The position numbers were made by a program, and so were the translations under genes. Shown here piece after piece: positions 36,670-46,510 of a DNA stretch of 53,669 nt. Each line of letters opens with the position of its first letter. Positions within the stretch are counted from its first letter, which is position 1. The notes under the pieces were generated by a model. That model did not search any database and was not told the origin of the DNA. It saw only the letters and a list, made by a program, of their open reading frames with translations. Source of the DNA: an uncultured delta proteobacterium (GTDB lineage Bacteria; Desulfobacterota; Syntrophia; Syntrophales; UBA2192); assembly GCA_963705165.1 (NCBI GenBank), contig CAVPJD010000010.1:1-53669 (forward strand). The letters are read 5' to 3'.

Positions 36670-37644
36670 ATGGGACAGACGAATCTGCCTGAGGGAAAAT
36701 ACGAAGTCATCATCATCGGCGGGGGCCCCGGGGGCCTCACGGCGGGTCTCTACACGGCAAGGGCGAGCTTCAAGACGCTTCTCATCGAATCCGGCATGGT
36801 CATGAGCCAGATCACCGTGACCCACCTCGTGGAAAACTATCCCGGCGTGCCCGACATCGGCGGCTACGAGCTGGTGGAGAAATTCAAGGAGCAGGCAAAG
36901 AAATTCGGGCTCTCGACGACCTACGCCTCCGTTACGGGCCTGGAGAAGACCGAGATCGCCGGGATGCCCGGCTGGCGGGTCAAAACCGACGCGGGGGATT
37001 TCGAGGCGCTTTCCGTCATCGTGGCCACCGGGGCCAACTGGCGCAAGATCGGCGTGCCCGGCGAGGCCGAGTTCACGGGCCGAGGTGTTTCGTACTGCGC
37101 CACCTGCGACGGGCCCTTCTTTCGGGACCGGGAGGTCATCGTGATCGGCGGCGGCGATACGGCCGTCCAGGAGGCGCTTTTTTTGACGAACTTCGCGAGC
37201 AAGGTGACGATCGTCCATCGCCGCGACCGGCTTCGCGCCACGCCCATCCTGCGCGAGCGGGCCGCCGCAAACCCGAAGATCGCCTTTGCCTGGGATTCCG
37301 TCGTAACCCGGATCGGGGGCGCCGAAGCGGTCACCCACGTGAAGATCGCCAACGCAAAAGACCCGAAGGAAATCCGTGAAATCCCCGCAGACGGCGTATT
37401 CGTTTTCATCGGCCTCGTCCCGAACACGGAATGCATGAAAGGGGTCGTGAAGCTCGACAAGGAAGGATACATCGCGGCGGACCGGGACATGAAGACCTCG
37501 GAGCCGGGGATCTTCGCCTGCGGCGACTGTATCGAAAAGCTCCTGCGGCAGGTCGTGACGGCCTGCGGCGATGGCGCCACGGCGGCCTTCTCGGCGCAGC
37601 TCTATGTCGAGGAGCTCAAGGGCGAGGCGTACAGCGGGCGGTGA
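36670..37644 (+). CDS. trxB: Thioredoxin reductase
   Basis: GGGPGGLTA, VSYCATCDG, GGGDTA, HRRD. Confidence 0.96.
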   Translation: MGQTNLPEGKYEVIIIGGGPGGLTAGLYTARASFKTLLIESGMVMSQITVTHLVENYPGVPDIGGYELVEKFKEQAKKFGLSTTYASVTGLEKTEIAGMPGWRVKTDAGDFEALSVIVATGANWRKIGVPGEAEFTGRGVSYCATCDGPFFRDREVIVIGGGDTAVQEALFLTNFASKVTIVHRRDRLRATPILRERAAANPKIAFAWDSVVTRIGGAEAVTHVKIANAKDPKEIREIPADGVFVFIGLVPNTECMKGVVKLDKEGYIAADRDMKTSEPGIFACGDCIEKLLRQVVTACGDGATAAFSAQLYVEELKGEAYSGR

Positions 37645-37656
37645 GCGCTACGCGCA

Positions 37657-37762
37657 GGGTATTGGGTATAGGGTATCGGGTACAGGGCTCAAAGGAATGA
37701 AGAATTTTATAAACGAAATCTGTTTCATTCCCGATACCCGAGACCCGATACCCGATACCCTG
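37657..37762. repeat. Heptamer repeat hairpin (GGGTAYH)4 ... (CCCGAKA)4
   Basis: Left arm 37657-37687, right arm 37730-37762, inner GGAATGAA/TTCATTCC stem. Confidence 0.85.
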
Positions 37763-37821
37763 TTCTGGAATATGAGATAAACCTTCGTGCTGACAATAGA
37801 GGAAAGCAGAAAGGAACGGCG

Positions 37822-38670
37822 TTGAACAATTTCGTTGATTTCTGGCAGCACCTGCCCTCGAAGATCGACCCGAGCATTTTTTCGATCGGCTCCTTCCAGG
37901 TGCGTTACTACAGCCTCATGTATATCGTGGCCTTTTCACTGACGTACCTCCTCGTCGCGTACCGGCTGCGGACGGAGAAGTTTCCCTATACCAAGGAGAC
38001 GATCCAGGACCTGATGATCTGGGGCATCCTGGGGCTCATCCTGGGCGGGCGGCTCGGGTACGTCCTCTTCTACAACTTCGAGTATTTCGTCAGGCACCCT
38101 CTGGAGATTTTCCTGCCGTTCTCCTTTGCAAACGGGGTGAAGTTTGTAGGCATCAGCGGGATGTCTTTTCACGGAGGTCTCATCGGTGTCGTCATCGCCG
38201 CCGCCATGTTTTGTTATATCCGCCGGATCCGGTTCTGGGACATCATCGACCTCTTCGTCCCCTGTGTCCCCCTGGGGTACACCTTCGGTCGCATCGGGAA
38301 CTTCATCAACGGCGAGCTCTGGGGCCGGGCGACCGACGTTGCCTGGGGCATGTACTTCCCTCTCGATATAACGCGAACCCTTCGCCACCCCTCCCAGCTC
38401 TATGAGGCCTTCTTCGAGGGGATCTTCCTCTTTGCGATCCTATGGGCCCTGAGGAAAAAGAGGCCTATCGAGGGCGCTTTTCTCGCTTACTACCTGATGG
38501 GGTATGGAGCCGTCCGCTTCTTCATCGAGTACGTCCGGGAGCCCGATGCGCACATCGGTCTTTACTTCGGGCTGATCACCATCGGCCAGATCCTCTGCCT
38601 GGCCATGATCCTCGCGGGGGCAGCGCTCTATTACTTTCTGCGATCCAGGGCTGTCGCGGCGAAAAAGTAG
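37822..38670 (+). CDS. lgt: Prolipoprotein diacylglyceryl transferase
   Basis: GGRLGYVLFY, GMSFHGG, GRIGNFINGELWGR, RHPSQLYE. Confidence 0.96.
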   Translation: MNNFVDFWQHLPSKIDPSIFSIGSFQVRYYSLMYIVAFSLTYLLVAYRLRTEKFPYTKETIQDLMIWGILGLILGGRLGYVLFYNFEYFVRHPLEIFLPFSFANGVKFVGISGMSFHGGLIGVVIAAAMFCYIRRIRFWDIIDLFVPCVPLGYTFGRIGNFINGELWGRATDVAWGMYFPLDITRTLRHPSQLYEAFFEGIFLFAILWALRKKRPIEGAFLAYYLMGYGAVRFFIEYVREPDAHIGLYFGLITIGQILCLAMILAGAALYYFLRSRAVAAKK

Positions 38671-38690
38671 TCCCTGTTCAGGAGCAATCC

Positions 38691-39011
38691 ATGAGTGACT
38701 TCATCCTGGTGACGACGACGGCTTCGACAAAAGAGGACGCCGCGAAGATCGCAACGGCCCTCCTGGAGGGCAGGCTTGCGGCCTGCGTCCAGATTCTGGG
38801 CCCCATCGAGAGCCGCTACTGGTGGGACGGGAAGATCGAGCAGTCACCCGAGTGGCTCTGCCTCATCAAGACGATCCGCGGGAAATTTCCGGCCGTCGAG
38901 GCGGCCATTCGCGCCAACCACTCCTACGAGATCCCCGAGATCGTCGCCTGTCCCATCGAGCTGGGGAGCGAGCCGTATCTCGAGTGGCTGCGCCGCGAGA
39001 CGGCGGGGTAG
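38691..39011 (+). CDS. cutA: Divalent cation tolerance protein CutA
   Basis: RLAACVQ, SRYWWDG, HSYEIPEI, YLEW. Confidence 0.93.
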   Translation: MSDFILVTTTASTKEDAAKIATALLEGRLAACVQILGPIESRYWWDGKIEQSPEWLCLIKTIRGKFPAVEAAIRANHSYEIPEIVACPIELGSEPYLEWLRRETAG

Positions 39012-39113
39012 AGAATTTTGCTTGCAATTTGACCCTGTTACCCTTTACAAAAAACAGGTTCGAGTCAGTCACATCACCGAGGGCATCATTGCCTGACATA
39101 GAAAGGGTTGATT

Positions 39114-39728
39114 ATGGGGAACACCAATCTTTACTCTCTTCCAAAACTGTCGTTTGATTACAAGGACCTTGCCCCCTTCATCTCCGAGGAACAGCTGCGG
39201 CTCCACCACGAGAAGCATCATGCGGCCTACGTCACGGGGGCCAATGCCGTCCTGGAACGGATCGAGAAGGCCCGCAGGGAGAAGGCCGATCTCGACATGA
39301 AGTCGACGCTGAAGGAGCTCTCCTTCCATCTCGGCGGGCACGTCCTCCACACGCTCTTCTGGGGGAACCTGGCCCCGAAGGGAAAGGCAAATGACAAGCC
39401 GGTGGGGCTTCTCGCAACGGCGATCGACAAGGAGTTCGGGGGCTTCGAGCAGTTCAAGAAGGAGTTCACCCAGGCGGCCGTGAGCACCGAGGGGTCGGGA
39501 TGGGCGGGGCTCAGCCACTGTGCCCTCACGAACCGGCCGATCATCATGCAAATCGAGAAGCACAACGTCAACGTGTATCCCGCAAACCGGATCCTGCTGG
39601 TGCTCGACGTCTGGGAACACGCCTACTACCTCGACTACAAGAACCTCCGGGCGAAATTCGTCGAGGCGTTCTGGAACATCGTCAACTGGGAAGAGGCGAA
39701 CCGCCGCTTCGAGGACGCGCTGAAGTAA
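39114..39728 (+). CDS. sod: Fe/Mn superoxide dismutase
   Basis: [29 protein letters not shown]. Confidence 0.95.
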   Translation: MGNTNLYSLPKLSFDYKDLAPFISEEQLRLHHEKHHAAYVTGANAVLERIEKARREKADLDMKSTLKELSFHLGGHVLHTLFWGNLAPKGKANDKPVGLLATAIDKEFGGFEQFKKEFTQAAVSTEGSGWAGLSHCALTNRPIIMQIEKHNVNVYPANRILLVLDVWEHAYYLDYKNLRAKFVEAFWNIVNWEEANRRFEDALK

Positions 39729-39733
39729 GAAAC

Positions 39734-39772
39734 CATGTCCCCCCCGGGCAGGACCTGCCCGGGGGGGGCATG
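39734..39772. terminator. Long GC hairpin after sod (no U-tract)
   Basis: CATGTCCCCCCCGGGCAG-GAC-CTGCCCGGGGGGGGCATG. Confidence 0.55.
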
Positions 39773-39837
39773 CCCTGACCCGCACCCCTTCCTGCCCGCC
39801 GCACATCAACCGATACGAGCACGCTGGAACGAAACCG

Positions 39838-40797
39838 ATGCGCCTCAGAGTCGAACCATTCGGAAAAGCACGGGGAAGGAGCGCTGCCGCCGCCTGGATC
39901 CAGGCCGTCCGCATCCAGTTCGTGCCGCCCAGCTTTATCCCGGCCATGCTCGCCGCAGCCATTGCCTGGGCGCGCTACGAGGTGTTCGATCCCTTCGCTT
40001 TTCTTCTCGTTCTCATCGGGGTGACCGTACACCACTTCGGCCTCAACATGCTCGACGACGTCCTGGACTATCTCCACGCCGTCGACCGCGCCTGGGGGGA
40101 TGAGAAGAACCCTTATACGGGCGGCAGCGGCGTGCTCACCGAGGGCCTTCTGACGGTGAGGGAGCTGAAGTGGGGCGTGGCCGTCTGCTACAGCATCACG
40201 GTCGGGATCTGGCTCTATCTTGCAACCCTGAAGGGGTGGCCCGTGTTCGCCATCGGGGCCATCGGGATCCTGTCGTCCATTTTCTATACCGTGCCCCCCG
40301 TCAAGTTCGCCTACCGGGGCTTCGGCGAGCTGGGCCTGCTGGTCAACTTCGGTCCCGTTCTTGTCATGGGCTCCTACTATGTCCAGCGACAGACCCTGGA
40401 CATGGAACCCGTGATCCTTTCCCTCGTTCCCGGTTTTCTCATGTGGTCCATGATCGTCATCAACGAGATTCCCGACTACGAGGAGGACCGCCTGAGCGGC
40501 AAGATGAACCTGGTTGCCCGCTTCGGCCGCAAGACCGGGGTCGTCCTCTACCAGGCGGGGCTCCTCTGCGCGTTCGGGACCCTGGTGGGGTCAGTGCTCT
40601 TCGGGGTGGCTCCGCTGCCGGTGCTCCTGGGGCTTGCGGCACTGCCGACTGCGCTGCAGTCGGTTAAGATCCTGAGGGAAAACTACCTGGACCGGCTGAA
40701 AATGATCCCTGCGAATCTTGCCATCATCAAGGTGTACCTGATTACGGGGGTGGCACTGATCGCGGGCTATCTCATCCACGGGGTGACGGGGTGGTGA
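39838..40797 (+). CDS. menA: UbiA-family prenyltransferase, MenA-like
   Basis: NMLDDVLDYLHAVD, YTGGSG, YRGFGE, NEIPDYEEDRLSGK. Confidence 0.75.
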   Translation: MRLRVEPFGKARGRSAAAAWIQAVRIQFVPPSFIPAMLAAAIAWARYEVFDPFAFLLVLIGVTVHHFGLNMLDDVLDYLHAVDRAWGDEKNPYTGGSGVLTEGLLTVRELKWGVAVCYSITVGIWLYLATLKGWPVFAIGAIGILSSIFYTVPPVKFAYRGFGELGLLVNFGPVLVMGSYYVQRQTLDMEPVILSLVPGFLMWSMIVINEIPDYEEDRLSGKMNLVARFGRKTGVVLYQAGLLCAFGTLVGSVLFGVAPLPVLLGLAALPTALQSVKILRENYLDRLKMIPANLAIIKVYLITGVALIAGYLIHGVTGW

Positions 40798-40847
40798 GCG
40801 GGGCTCCGACCGAGCGCTGTTTGCATGTCTTCGGATTCTCGGCCATT

Positions 40848-40951
40848 GAAGATCGGAAGAGCGGAAGTGAGGAAGAGCGGACCAAGAACCCATGGAATCG
40901 AATATCCTTTCCGATCTTCTGCTCTTCATAACTTCCTCACTTCGCTAACTT
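40848..40951. repeat. Octamer repeat hairpin (GAAGAKCG)n ... (CGMTCTTC)n
   Basis: gaagatcg gaagagcg gaagtgag gaagagcg, then tccgatct tctgctct tcataact tcctcact. Confidence 0.8.
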
Positions 40952-41027
40952 GTGCGGGAACCCTGACGTGAGGCATCGTTGAACAGCATGAAGAACGAAA
41001 CGCGCCAGGATAGGGCCAGCGACCGTT

Positions 41028-41933
41028 TTGGTTGTCGGCTCCGTCACGATCGACCGCATCATAGAGAACGGCAAGACATCGGAGCGGCTGGGGGGTGTCG
41101 CCACCTACGGCGGGCTTACCTTTCGGCGGCTCGGCGTGGAAACTGCCGTCGTGACGAATGTTGCCGAGGCGCAAAGGGGCCTCCTCGACGTCCTTGCCGC
41201 AGAGGGCCTTGCCGTCCACGCCGGCACGAGCCGTCTCACCACCCGGTTCGTCAACGAAGCCCGGGGGGACTGGCGCGAGCAACTCATGCCCGAGGCGGCC
41301 GATTCCATCACGGCGGGCCAGGTGAAGCCCCTTCTCTCCGAGGTCCGCCACGTTCACGCGGGGCCTCTTCACCCCGACGACATCGAACCGCAGGCCATGA
41401 CGCTGATGGCGGAATCGAAAAAACTCGTCAGTCTCGACGTGCAGGGCTATCTGCGCAGGACGGAAAACGACCGGATCGTCCCTGCCGTATCGGCCGGGCT
41501 CGAGGGGGCATTGCGCTCGGCCCACATCATCAAGGCCGACGAGGAGGAACTGACCCTCATGCTCGATCACTTTCGCTTAAGCCTCCCCGGGTTCCTGCAG
41601 CGCTTCCGGATCGACGAGGCCGTGATCACCCGGGGTTCGCGCGGCGCGAGCGTTTGGACCCGCGCAGGCGAGGGATATCACTTCGGCGCCGAAACGGTGC
41701 GCCGCCCCGTCAGCACCGTGGGGGCCGGCGATGTCTTCTTTGCCGCCTACCTTGCCGCTCACGTATGCCGAAAACTCGACATCGACCTGGCCGCCATGTT
41801 CGCTGCAGGTGTTGCGGCAAAGCAGGTAAGCGGGAGGCACCTTGCGCCGGCGTTGCTCGATCTTGGCAACCGGCACGCCCGGGAAGAACGGCTCGATAGA
41901 CATTGTCTTACCCTAAGCCTTATGAGCGACTGA
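41028..41933 (+). CDS. PfkB-family carbohydrate kinase (start uncertain)
   Basis: VVGSVTID, GGVATYGG, LDVQG, KADEEE, ITRGSRG, STVGAGDVF. Confidence 0.85.
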   Translation: MVVGSVTIDRIIENGKTSERLGGVATYGGLTFRRLGVETAVVTNVAEAQRGLLDVLAAEGLAVHAGTSRLTTRFVNEARGDWREQLMPEAADSITAGQVKPLLSEVRHVHAGPLHPDDIEPQAMTLMAESKKLVSLDVQGYLRRTENDRIVPAVSAGLEGALRSAHIIKADEEELTLMLDHFRLSLPGFLQRFRIDEAVITRGSRGASVWTRAGEGYHFGAETVRRPVSTVGAGDVFFAAYLAAHVCRKLDIDLAAMFAAGVAAKQVSGRHLAPALLDLGNRHAREERLDRHCLTLSLMSD

Positions 41934-42033
41934 AGCCCTAAGCCTTATGCCGCTTGCACATGCGGTTCTGACGTCAGAGAAACCGCGGAGGGCGAACTGA
42001 TCCGACTTGTCAACAGGAAAGGAGGCAAAACAC

Positions 42034-42516
42034 ATGAAGGTGCTCATTCTCTATTTCTCCCGGTCGGGCAACACGAAGAAGCTGGCCGAGGAGATTGCCC
42101 GGGGTGTCGTGGAGGTCGAGGGCGTGCAGGCCGTCATCCGATCCACGGCGGATGTCTCGAAAGAGGATTTCGTCGTCGCCGACGGCCTTATCGCGGGATC
42201 GCCCGTCTACTTCGGGTCCATGGCGGCGCCGCTCAAGGATGTCCTTGACAAGTTCGTGGGGGTTCGGAAAAAGATGGAGAACAAGGTGGGAGCAGCCTTT
42301 GCCACGAGCGCCGACCCGTCGGGCGGCAAGGAGACGACGATGATCTCCATCCTCCAGGCCCTGCTGATCTACGGCATGATCGTCGTCGGCGACCCCATTG
42401 ACGCCACGGGGCACTACGGGGTTTCCTGTCTCGGGGCCCCCGACGCCGCGGCGGCGGAAAACGGGCGCAAGCTCGGGAAGAGAGTGGCTTCACTGGTTAA
42501 GAAGTTAAGAGGCTAA
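42034..42516 (+). CDS. Flavodoxin/WrbA-family NAD(P)H-dependent oxidoreductase
   Basis: YFSRSGNTKKLA, GSPVYFG, SGGKETT; SD GGAGG. Confidence 0.88.
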   Translation: MKVLILYFSRSGNTKKLAEEIARGVVEVEGVQAVIRSTADVSKEDFVVADGLIAGSPVYFGSMAAPLKDVLDKFVGVRKKMENKVGAAFATSADPSGGKETTMISILQALLIYGMIVVGDPIDATGHYGVSCLGAPDAAAAENGRKLGKRVASLVKKLRG

Positions 42517-42587
42517 GCGTAGAAGGGTTGAGGGTCGCGGAGCTTCGGAGCGCGGATAAATGTAATTTGCCTGAGAGGAACGGGAAC

Positions 42588-44159
42588 ATGAAGGTTGCCA
42601 CGACGGAAGAGATGAGGGCGATGGAGAGTTACGCCATCGAAACGCTGGGCATCGCCGACGAGATCCTCATGGAGAACGCCGGCATCGCCGCCTATTACGC
42701 GCTGGCCGGCGAGATGGACATTGCGGGGGGGCGCTTCGCCGTGTTCTGCGGCGGGGGCAACAACGGCGGAGACGGATTCGTCGTGGCACGAAAGATCCAT
42801 TCGGGCGGCGGCATCGTCAAGGTTTTTCTCCTTGCCGCGAAGAACCGCTACAAGGGGGCTGCGCGGAAGAACCTGGATCGGCTCCTCAATCTTCCCGTCG
42901 ACGTCCGTCCGGTGGAATCCGTCGACGACGTGAGGGGCTATATCCTCCAGAGCAATGCCGTCATCGACGCCATCTTCGGAACGGGGCTCGACCGGGACGT
43001 GGAAGGTCTCCACCGGGAAGTCATCGAGCTCATCAATGCGATCGGCAAACCCGTCTACAGCCTCGACATCCCCTCGGGGGTCAACGGCGACACGGGGCGC
43101 CTGATGGGCACGGCCATCCGGGCGGCGGCCACGGTGACCTTCGGCCTGCCCAAGCGAGGCAACCTCCTCTACCCCGGCTTTGTCTGCGGGGGGAAACTCT
43201 ACGTGACCCACATCTCCTTGCCCCCCGAGCTCTACGATTCGGAATCGATCGGTATGGAGGTCAATGACCCGCCCCCGCTGCCCGCCCGCAAGGCCTGGGG
43301 GCACAAAGGGGATTTCGGCGATGTCCTCTTTGTCGCCGGCGCCGCCGGATATTACGGTGCCCCCGCTTTCTCGGCCCTCTCCTTCCTGAAGGCCGGCGGC
43401 GGCTACTCGCGCCTTGCCGCACCCGCCTCGGTGATCCAGGGTATTGCCGCGCAGGCAGGCGAGATCGTCTTCGTCCCCCAGCGGGAAACCGCATCGGGAA
43501 GCATTGCCCTGAGGAACAAGGCGACCCTGCTGGAGCTTGCGGGGTGTGTCGACATGGTCGTCCTGGGGCCGGGGCTCTCCCTTGCCGAGGAGACGCAGAA
43601 ACTCGTCCGGGAGCTTGCCGCAAAGATCGAGAAGCCCATCGTGATCGACGGCGACGGGATCACGGCCATTGCAAAGAACCCCCGGTTTCTCAAGCGGCGC
43701 CGATTCGAGACGGTCCTCACGCCACACGCGGGCGAGATGTCCCGGATTGCCGGGAAAAGCCGCGAAGAAATCGAGCAAGACCCTGTCGGCATCCTCCAGG
43801 AAACGGCAGCCGGTCTCGATTCCATCATCGTCCTCAAGGGGGCCCACTCTCTCGTCGGCTTTCCCGACGGCCGTGTCTGGATCAACATGAGCGGCAACTC
43901 GGGGATGGCGACGGCGGGATCGGGCGATGTGCTGACGGGGGCCATCGGGGCCATGTTCGGCCTGGGGCTTCCGGTTCAGGAGGCGGTGAGGGCCGGCGTG
44001 TTTGTCCATGGGCTTGCGGGGGATCTTGCGGCGGCCGCGAAGGGGGAAGACGGGATCACGGCGCGCGACATCATGGAGAACCTGCCCAGGGCCGTTGCCA
44101 TGGTTAGGGCGGCAGATCTCGGGGAGATCGCCGAGAAGAAGGGGCTTTACATCATCTAG
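42588..44159 (+). CDS. nnr: Bifunctional NAD(P)HX epimerase/dehydratase
   Basis: LMENAG, GNNGGDG, DAIFGTG, HKGDFG, TPHAGE, ATAGSGDVL. Confidence 0.94.
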   Translation: MKVATTEEMRAMESYAIETLGIADEILMENAGIAAYYALAGEMDIAGGRFAVFCGGGNNGGDGFVVARKIHSGGGIVKVFLLAAKNRYKGAARKNLDRLLNLPVDVRPVESVDDVRGYILQSNAVIDAIFGTGLDRDVEGLHREVIELINAIGKPVYSLDIPSGVNGDTGRLMGTAIRAAATVTFGLPKRGNLLYPGFVCGGKLYVTHISLPPELYDSESIGMEVNDPPPLPARKAWGHKGDFGDVLFVAGAAGYYGAPAFSALSFLKAGGGYSRLAAPASVIQGIAAQAGEIVFVPQRETASGSIALRNKATLLELAGCVDMVVLGPGLSLAEETQKLVRELAAKIEKPIVIDGDGITAIAKNPRFLKRRRFETVLTPHAGEMSRIAGKSREEIEQDPVGILQETAAGLDSIIVLKGAHSLVGFPDGRVWINMSGNSGMATAGSGDVLTGAIGAMFGLGLPVQEAVRAGVFVHGLAGDLAAAAKGEDGITARDIMENLPRAVAMVRAADLGEIAEKKGLYII

Positions 44160-44175
44160 GGGGCAGGGCAAAAAC

Positions 44176-44289
44176 AGGGTTCAGGGTCAAGGGTTCAGGG
44201 AAGAAAAAGAGACAAAGAGAGGGATGCACAGCAATTTGTTCATCCCTTTTTTGTTTTCACTGGACCCGATACCCTTTACCCTGGACCCT
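44176..44289. repeat. Heptamer repeat hairpin (AGGGTYM)n ... (CYKKACC-like)n between convergent nnr and ispB
   Basis: agggttc agggtca agggttc aggg ... ctggacc cgatacc ctttacc ctggacc; inner AGGGATG/CATCCCT stem. Confidence 0.75.
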
Positions 44290-44294
44290 TTCTT

Positions 44295-45269
44295 CTAGAG
44301 CGTCCGCTCGGCGATGAAATCGGCCATGGCCAGCAGGGACGACTTGGCTTCGCCGTTTTCGGAGGTGGCCAGCAGGGCCTTCCCTTCCTTGATGATGTCC
44401 CTTGCCCGGCCCAGGGCATACTGGATGCCGTCGTATTTCCCGATGAGGCCAAAGACCGTCCGGATGTCCTCCTCGGTTGCCTGCTTCCTTTCCACGATGC
44501 TCCGGATGATCTCCTTCTCTTCGGCGCTGCATTGGGCCAGCGTCCGGATCAGCGGCAGGGTAATTTTCCCCTCCTTGATGTCCATCCCGATTGACTTCCC
44601 GAATTCCTTCTCGGCGGCCACGTAGTCGAGGGTGTCATCGGTGAGCTGGAAGGCGAGCCCCATCCGGTTGCCGAACTGCCGCAGGGCCTCGACCCGGTCC
44701 GGCGGGGCGCTGGCCATGAGTCCTCCGACGGCACAGGCGGCGGCAATGAGGACGGCCGTCTTCTTCTCGATGAGCGTGAAATAGTCCTCCTCGGTGATCC
44801 CGACGTCGCCGCGCTTCAGGAGCTGGAACACCTCGCCCTCGGCCATGGTGTTGGTTGTCTCCGAGATGAGCTTGATGATGTTGAGATCCCCGTCGTGGGT
44901 CATGAGGGTGAAGGAGCGCGAATAGAGGAAGTCCCCCACGAGCACCGTCGCCGCGTTGCCCCAGACGTTGTTTGCCGAGGGCTTGCCCCTTCTTGTCTCT
45001 GCCCCGTCGATCACGTCGTCGTGCAGAAGGGTGGCGGTGTGGATGAACTCGATCACCGCCGACAGGGGGTAGCGCCGCTCCCCGCGGTAGCCGCACAGAT
45101 CCGCGGAAGCCAGGAGCATGAGGGGACGGAACCGCTTGCCGCCGCTCGTGATGAGGTGGTTGATGACTGTGGGAATGAACGGGATCGCCGAGTGCAGATA
45201 CTTCCCGAGATTCTCTTCCAACTGCTTGAGGTCGGGCTCGTAGCGCTTGATGACATCGGTCATGTTCAT
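44295..45269 (-). CDS. ispB: Polyprenyl (octaprenyl) diphosphate synthase
   Basis: GGKRFRP, LLHDDVID, RRG, FQLTDDTLD, EGKITLP. Confidence 0.92.
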   Translation of the reverse strand: MNMTDVIKRYEPDLKQLEENLGKYLHSAIPFIPTVINHLITSGGKRFRPLMLLASADLCGYRGERRYPLSAVIEFIHTATLLHDDVIDGAETRRGKPSANNVWGNAATVLVGDFLYSRSFTLMTHDGDLNIIKLISETTNTMAEGEVFQLLKRGDVGITEEDYFTLIEKKTAVLIAAACAVGGLMASAPPDRVEALRQFGNRMGLAFQLTDDTLDYVAAEKEFGKSIGMDIKEGKITLPLIRTLAQCSAEEKEIIRSIVERKQATEEDIRTVFGLIGKYDGIQYALGRARDIIKEGKALLATSENGEAKSSLLAMADFIAERTL

Positions 45270-45509
45270 GGCTTGCCTTCCCGGTCTGTGACGGATTATT
45301 TGAAACAATAACGTGCTCTTATCGGAGATGCCCCGAAATGTCAAGCTGACGGCCCTGAAAAGACGGAAGCGAAGAAGCGAAGAGGATCGGAAGATCGGAA
45401 AACCCGCCACCTCATCCTCGCGGCCACGTCCCCCGAGGGTGTGCCGGTAAAAAAGGCTTTACAGAACACGTGTTTTGCATAATAAGAGGGAAGATAGACG
45501 AGAGGAGCC

Positions 45510-46337
45510 ATGTCGATCAAACGAACCGTTTTCTTTATCTCCGACCGCACGGCGATCACGGCCGAGACGTTCGGCCACAGTCTTCTCATCCAGTTCGACG
45601 ACGTCGAGTTCCAGAAGGTCACGCTTCCCTTCATCGACTCCATGTGGAAGGCGCAGGACGCCCTCGAGCACATCAACGACGCGAAGGAACAGACGGGGCA
45701 GCGCCCGATCATCTTCAGTACCATCGTCAATTCCCAGATCCGCAAGATGATCCTGTCCAGTGAAGCCGCCGCGGTCGATCTCTTTGATACCTTCATCGGT
45801 CCCCTGGAAGAGGAACTCCGGGTTCAACCCTCCCTCGGCGGCCCCTCCCACCACGCCTCGGCGGGGGATGAGCTCGACATCCGGATCAACGCCGTGAACT
45901 ACGCTCTCACGAACGACGACGGAATTACGACCAAAAACTACGACAAGGCCGACGTGATCCTCGTGGGCGTCTCCCGCACCGGCAAGACGCCGACCTGCCT
46001 CTACCTGGGGCTGCAGTACGGTATTTATGCCGCAAACTACCCGCTCACCGAGGAGGACCTCCTCATCGAGTACCGGAAGATTCCCGGGGTCCTGAAGCCA
46101 TTCAGGAACAAGCTCTACGGTCTTACGATCAACCCGGACCGGCTCCAGAAGATACGCCTCACCCGGCGGCCCACAGGACGGTACTCGTCGCTCGCGCAGT
46201 GCCAGGAGGAGATCACGCTTGCCGAGTTCCTCTACGTCTCCAAGAACATCCCCTACCTCAACATCACCACCATGTCGATCGAGGAGATCGCCGCGACGGT
46301 GATGCATAAGAGCAAGCTGCAGCGACGGATCTTTTAG
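45510..46337 (+). CDS. ppsR: PEP synthase regulatory protein (DUF299 kinase/pyrophosphorylase)
   Basis: FFISDRTAITAE, NDDG, GVSRTGKTPTCLYL, AANYPL, SIEEIA. Confidence 0.92.
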   Translation: MSIKRTVFFISDRTAITAETFGHSLLIQFDDVEFQKVTLPFIDSMWKAQDALEHINDAKEQTGQRPIIFSTIVNSQIRKMILSSEAAAVDLFDTFIGPLEEELRVQPSLGGPSHHASAGDELDIRINAVNYALTNDDGITTKNYDKADVILVGVSRTGKTPTCLYLGLQYGIYAANYPLTEEDLLIEYRKIPGVLKPFRNKLYGLTINPDRLQKIRLTRRPTGRYSSLAQCQEEITLAEFLYVSKNIPYLNITTMSIEEIAATVMHKSKLQRRIF

Positions 46338-46342
46338 AAGAA

Positions 46343-46510
46343 GGGTAGCGGGTCGAGGGGCGAGGGGAGCGAGGCGGGAGAAGCCTACAGCCAACAGTCG
46401 ACAGCCGACAGTAAGGGATAAAGAAGGGGCAAGCCACAAGCCGCAAGGTAAAAGTTCTTAATTGATTCCTGCTTTTCCGATCTTCCTGATCTTCCGCTCT
46501 TCCTGACTTC
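46343..46510. repeat. Cluster of four short-period repeat families between ppsR and rmuC
   Basis: gggtagc gggtcga ggggcga; agcctac agccaac agtcgac agccgac; aagccac aagccgc; ccgatctt cctgatctt ccgctctt. Confidence 0.7.

Noticed and set aside
40979..41030. Frameshifted start of the PfkB kinase (ATG 40988 is out of frame)
   Set aside because: A TTG start at 41028 retains the first conserved strand; evidence for an indel is insufficient
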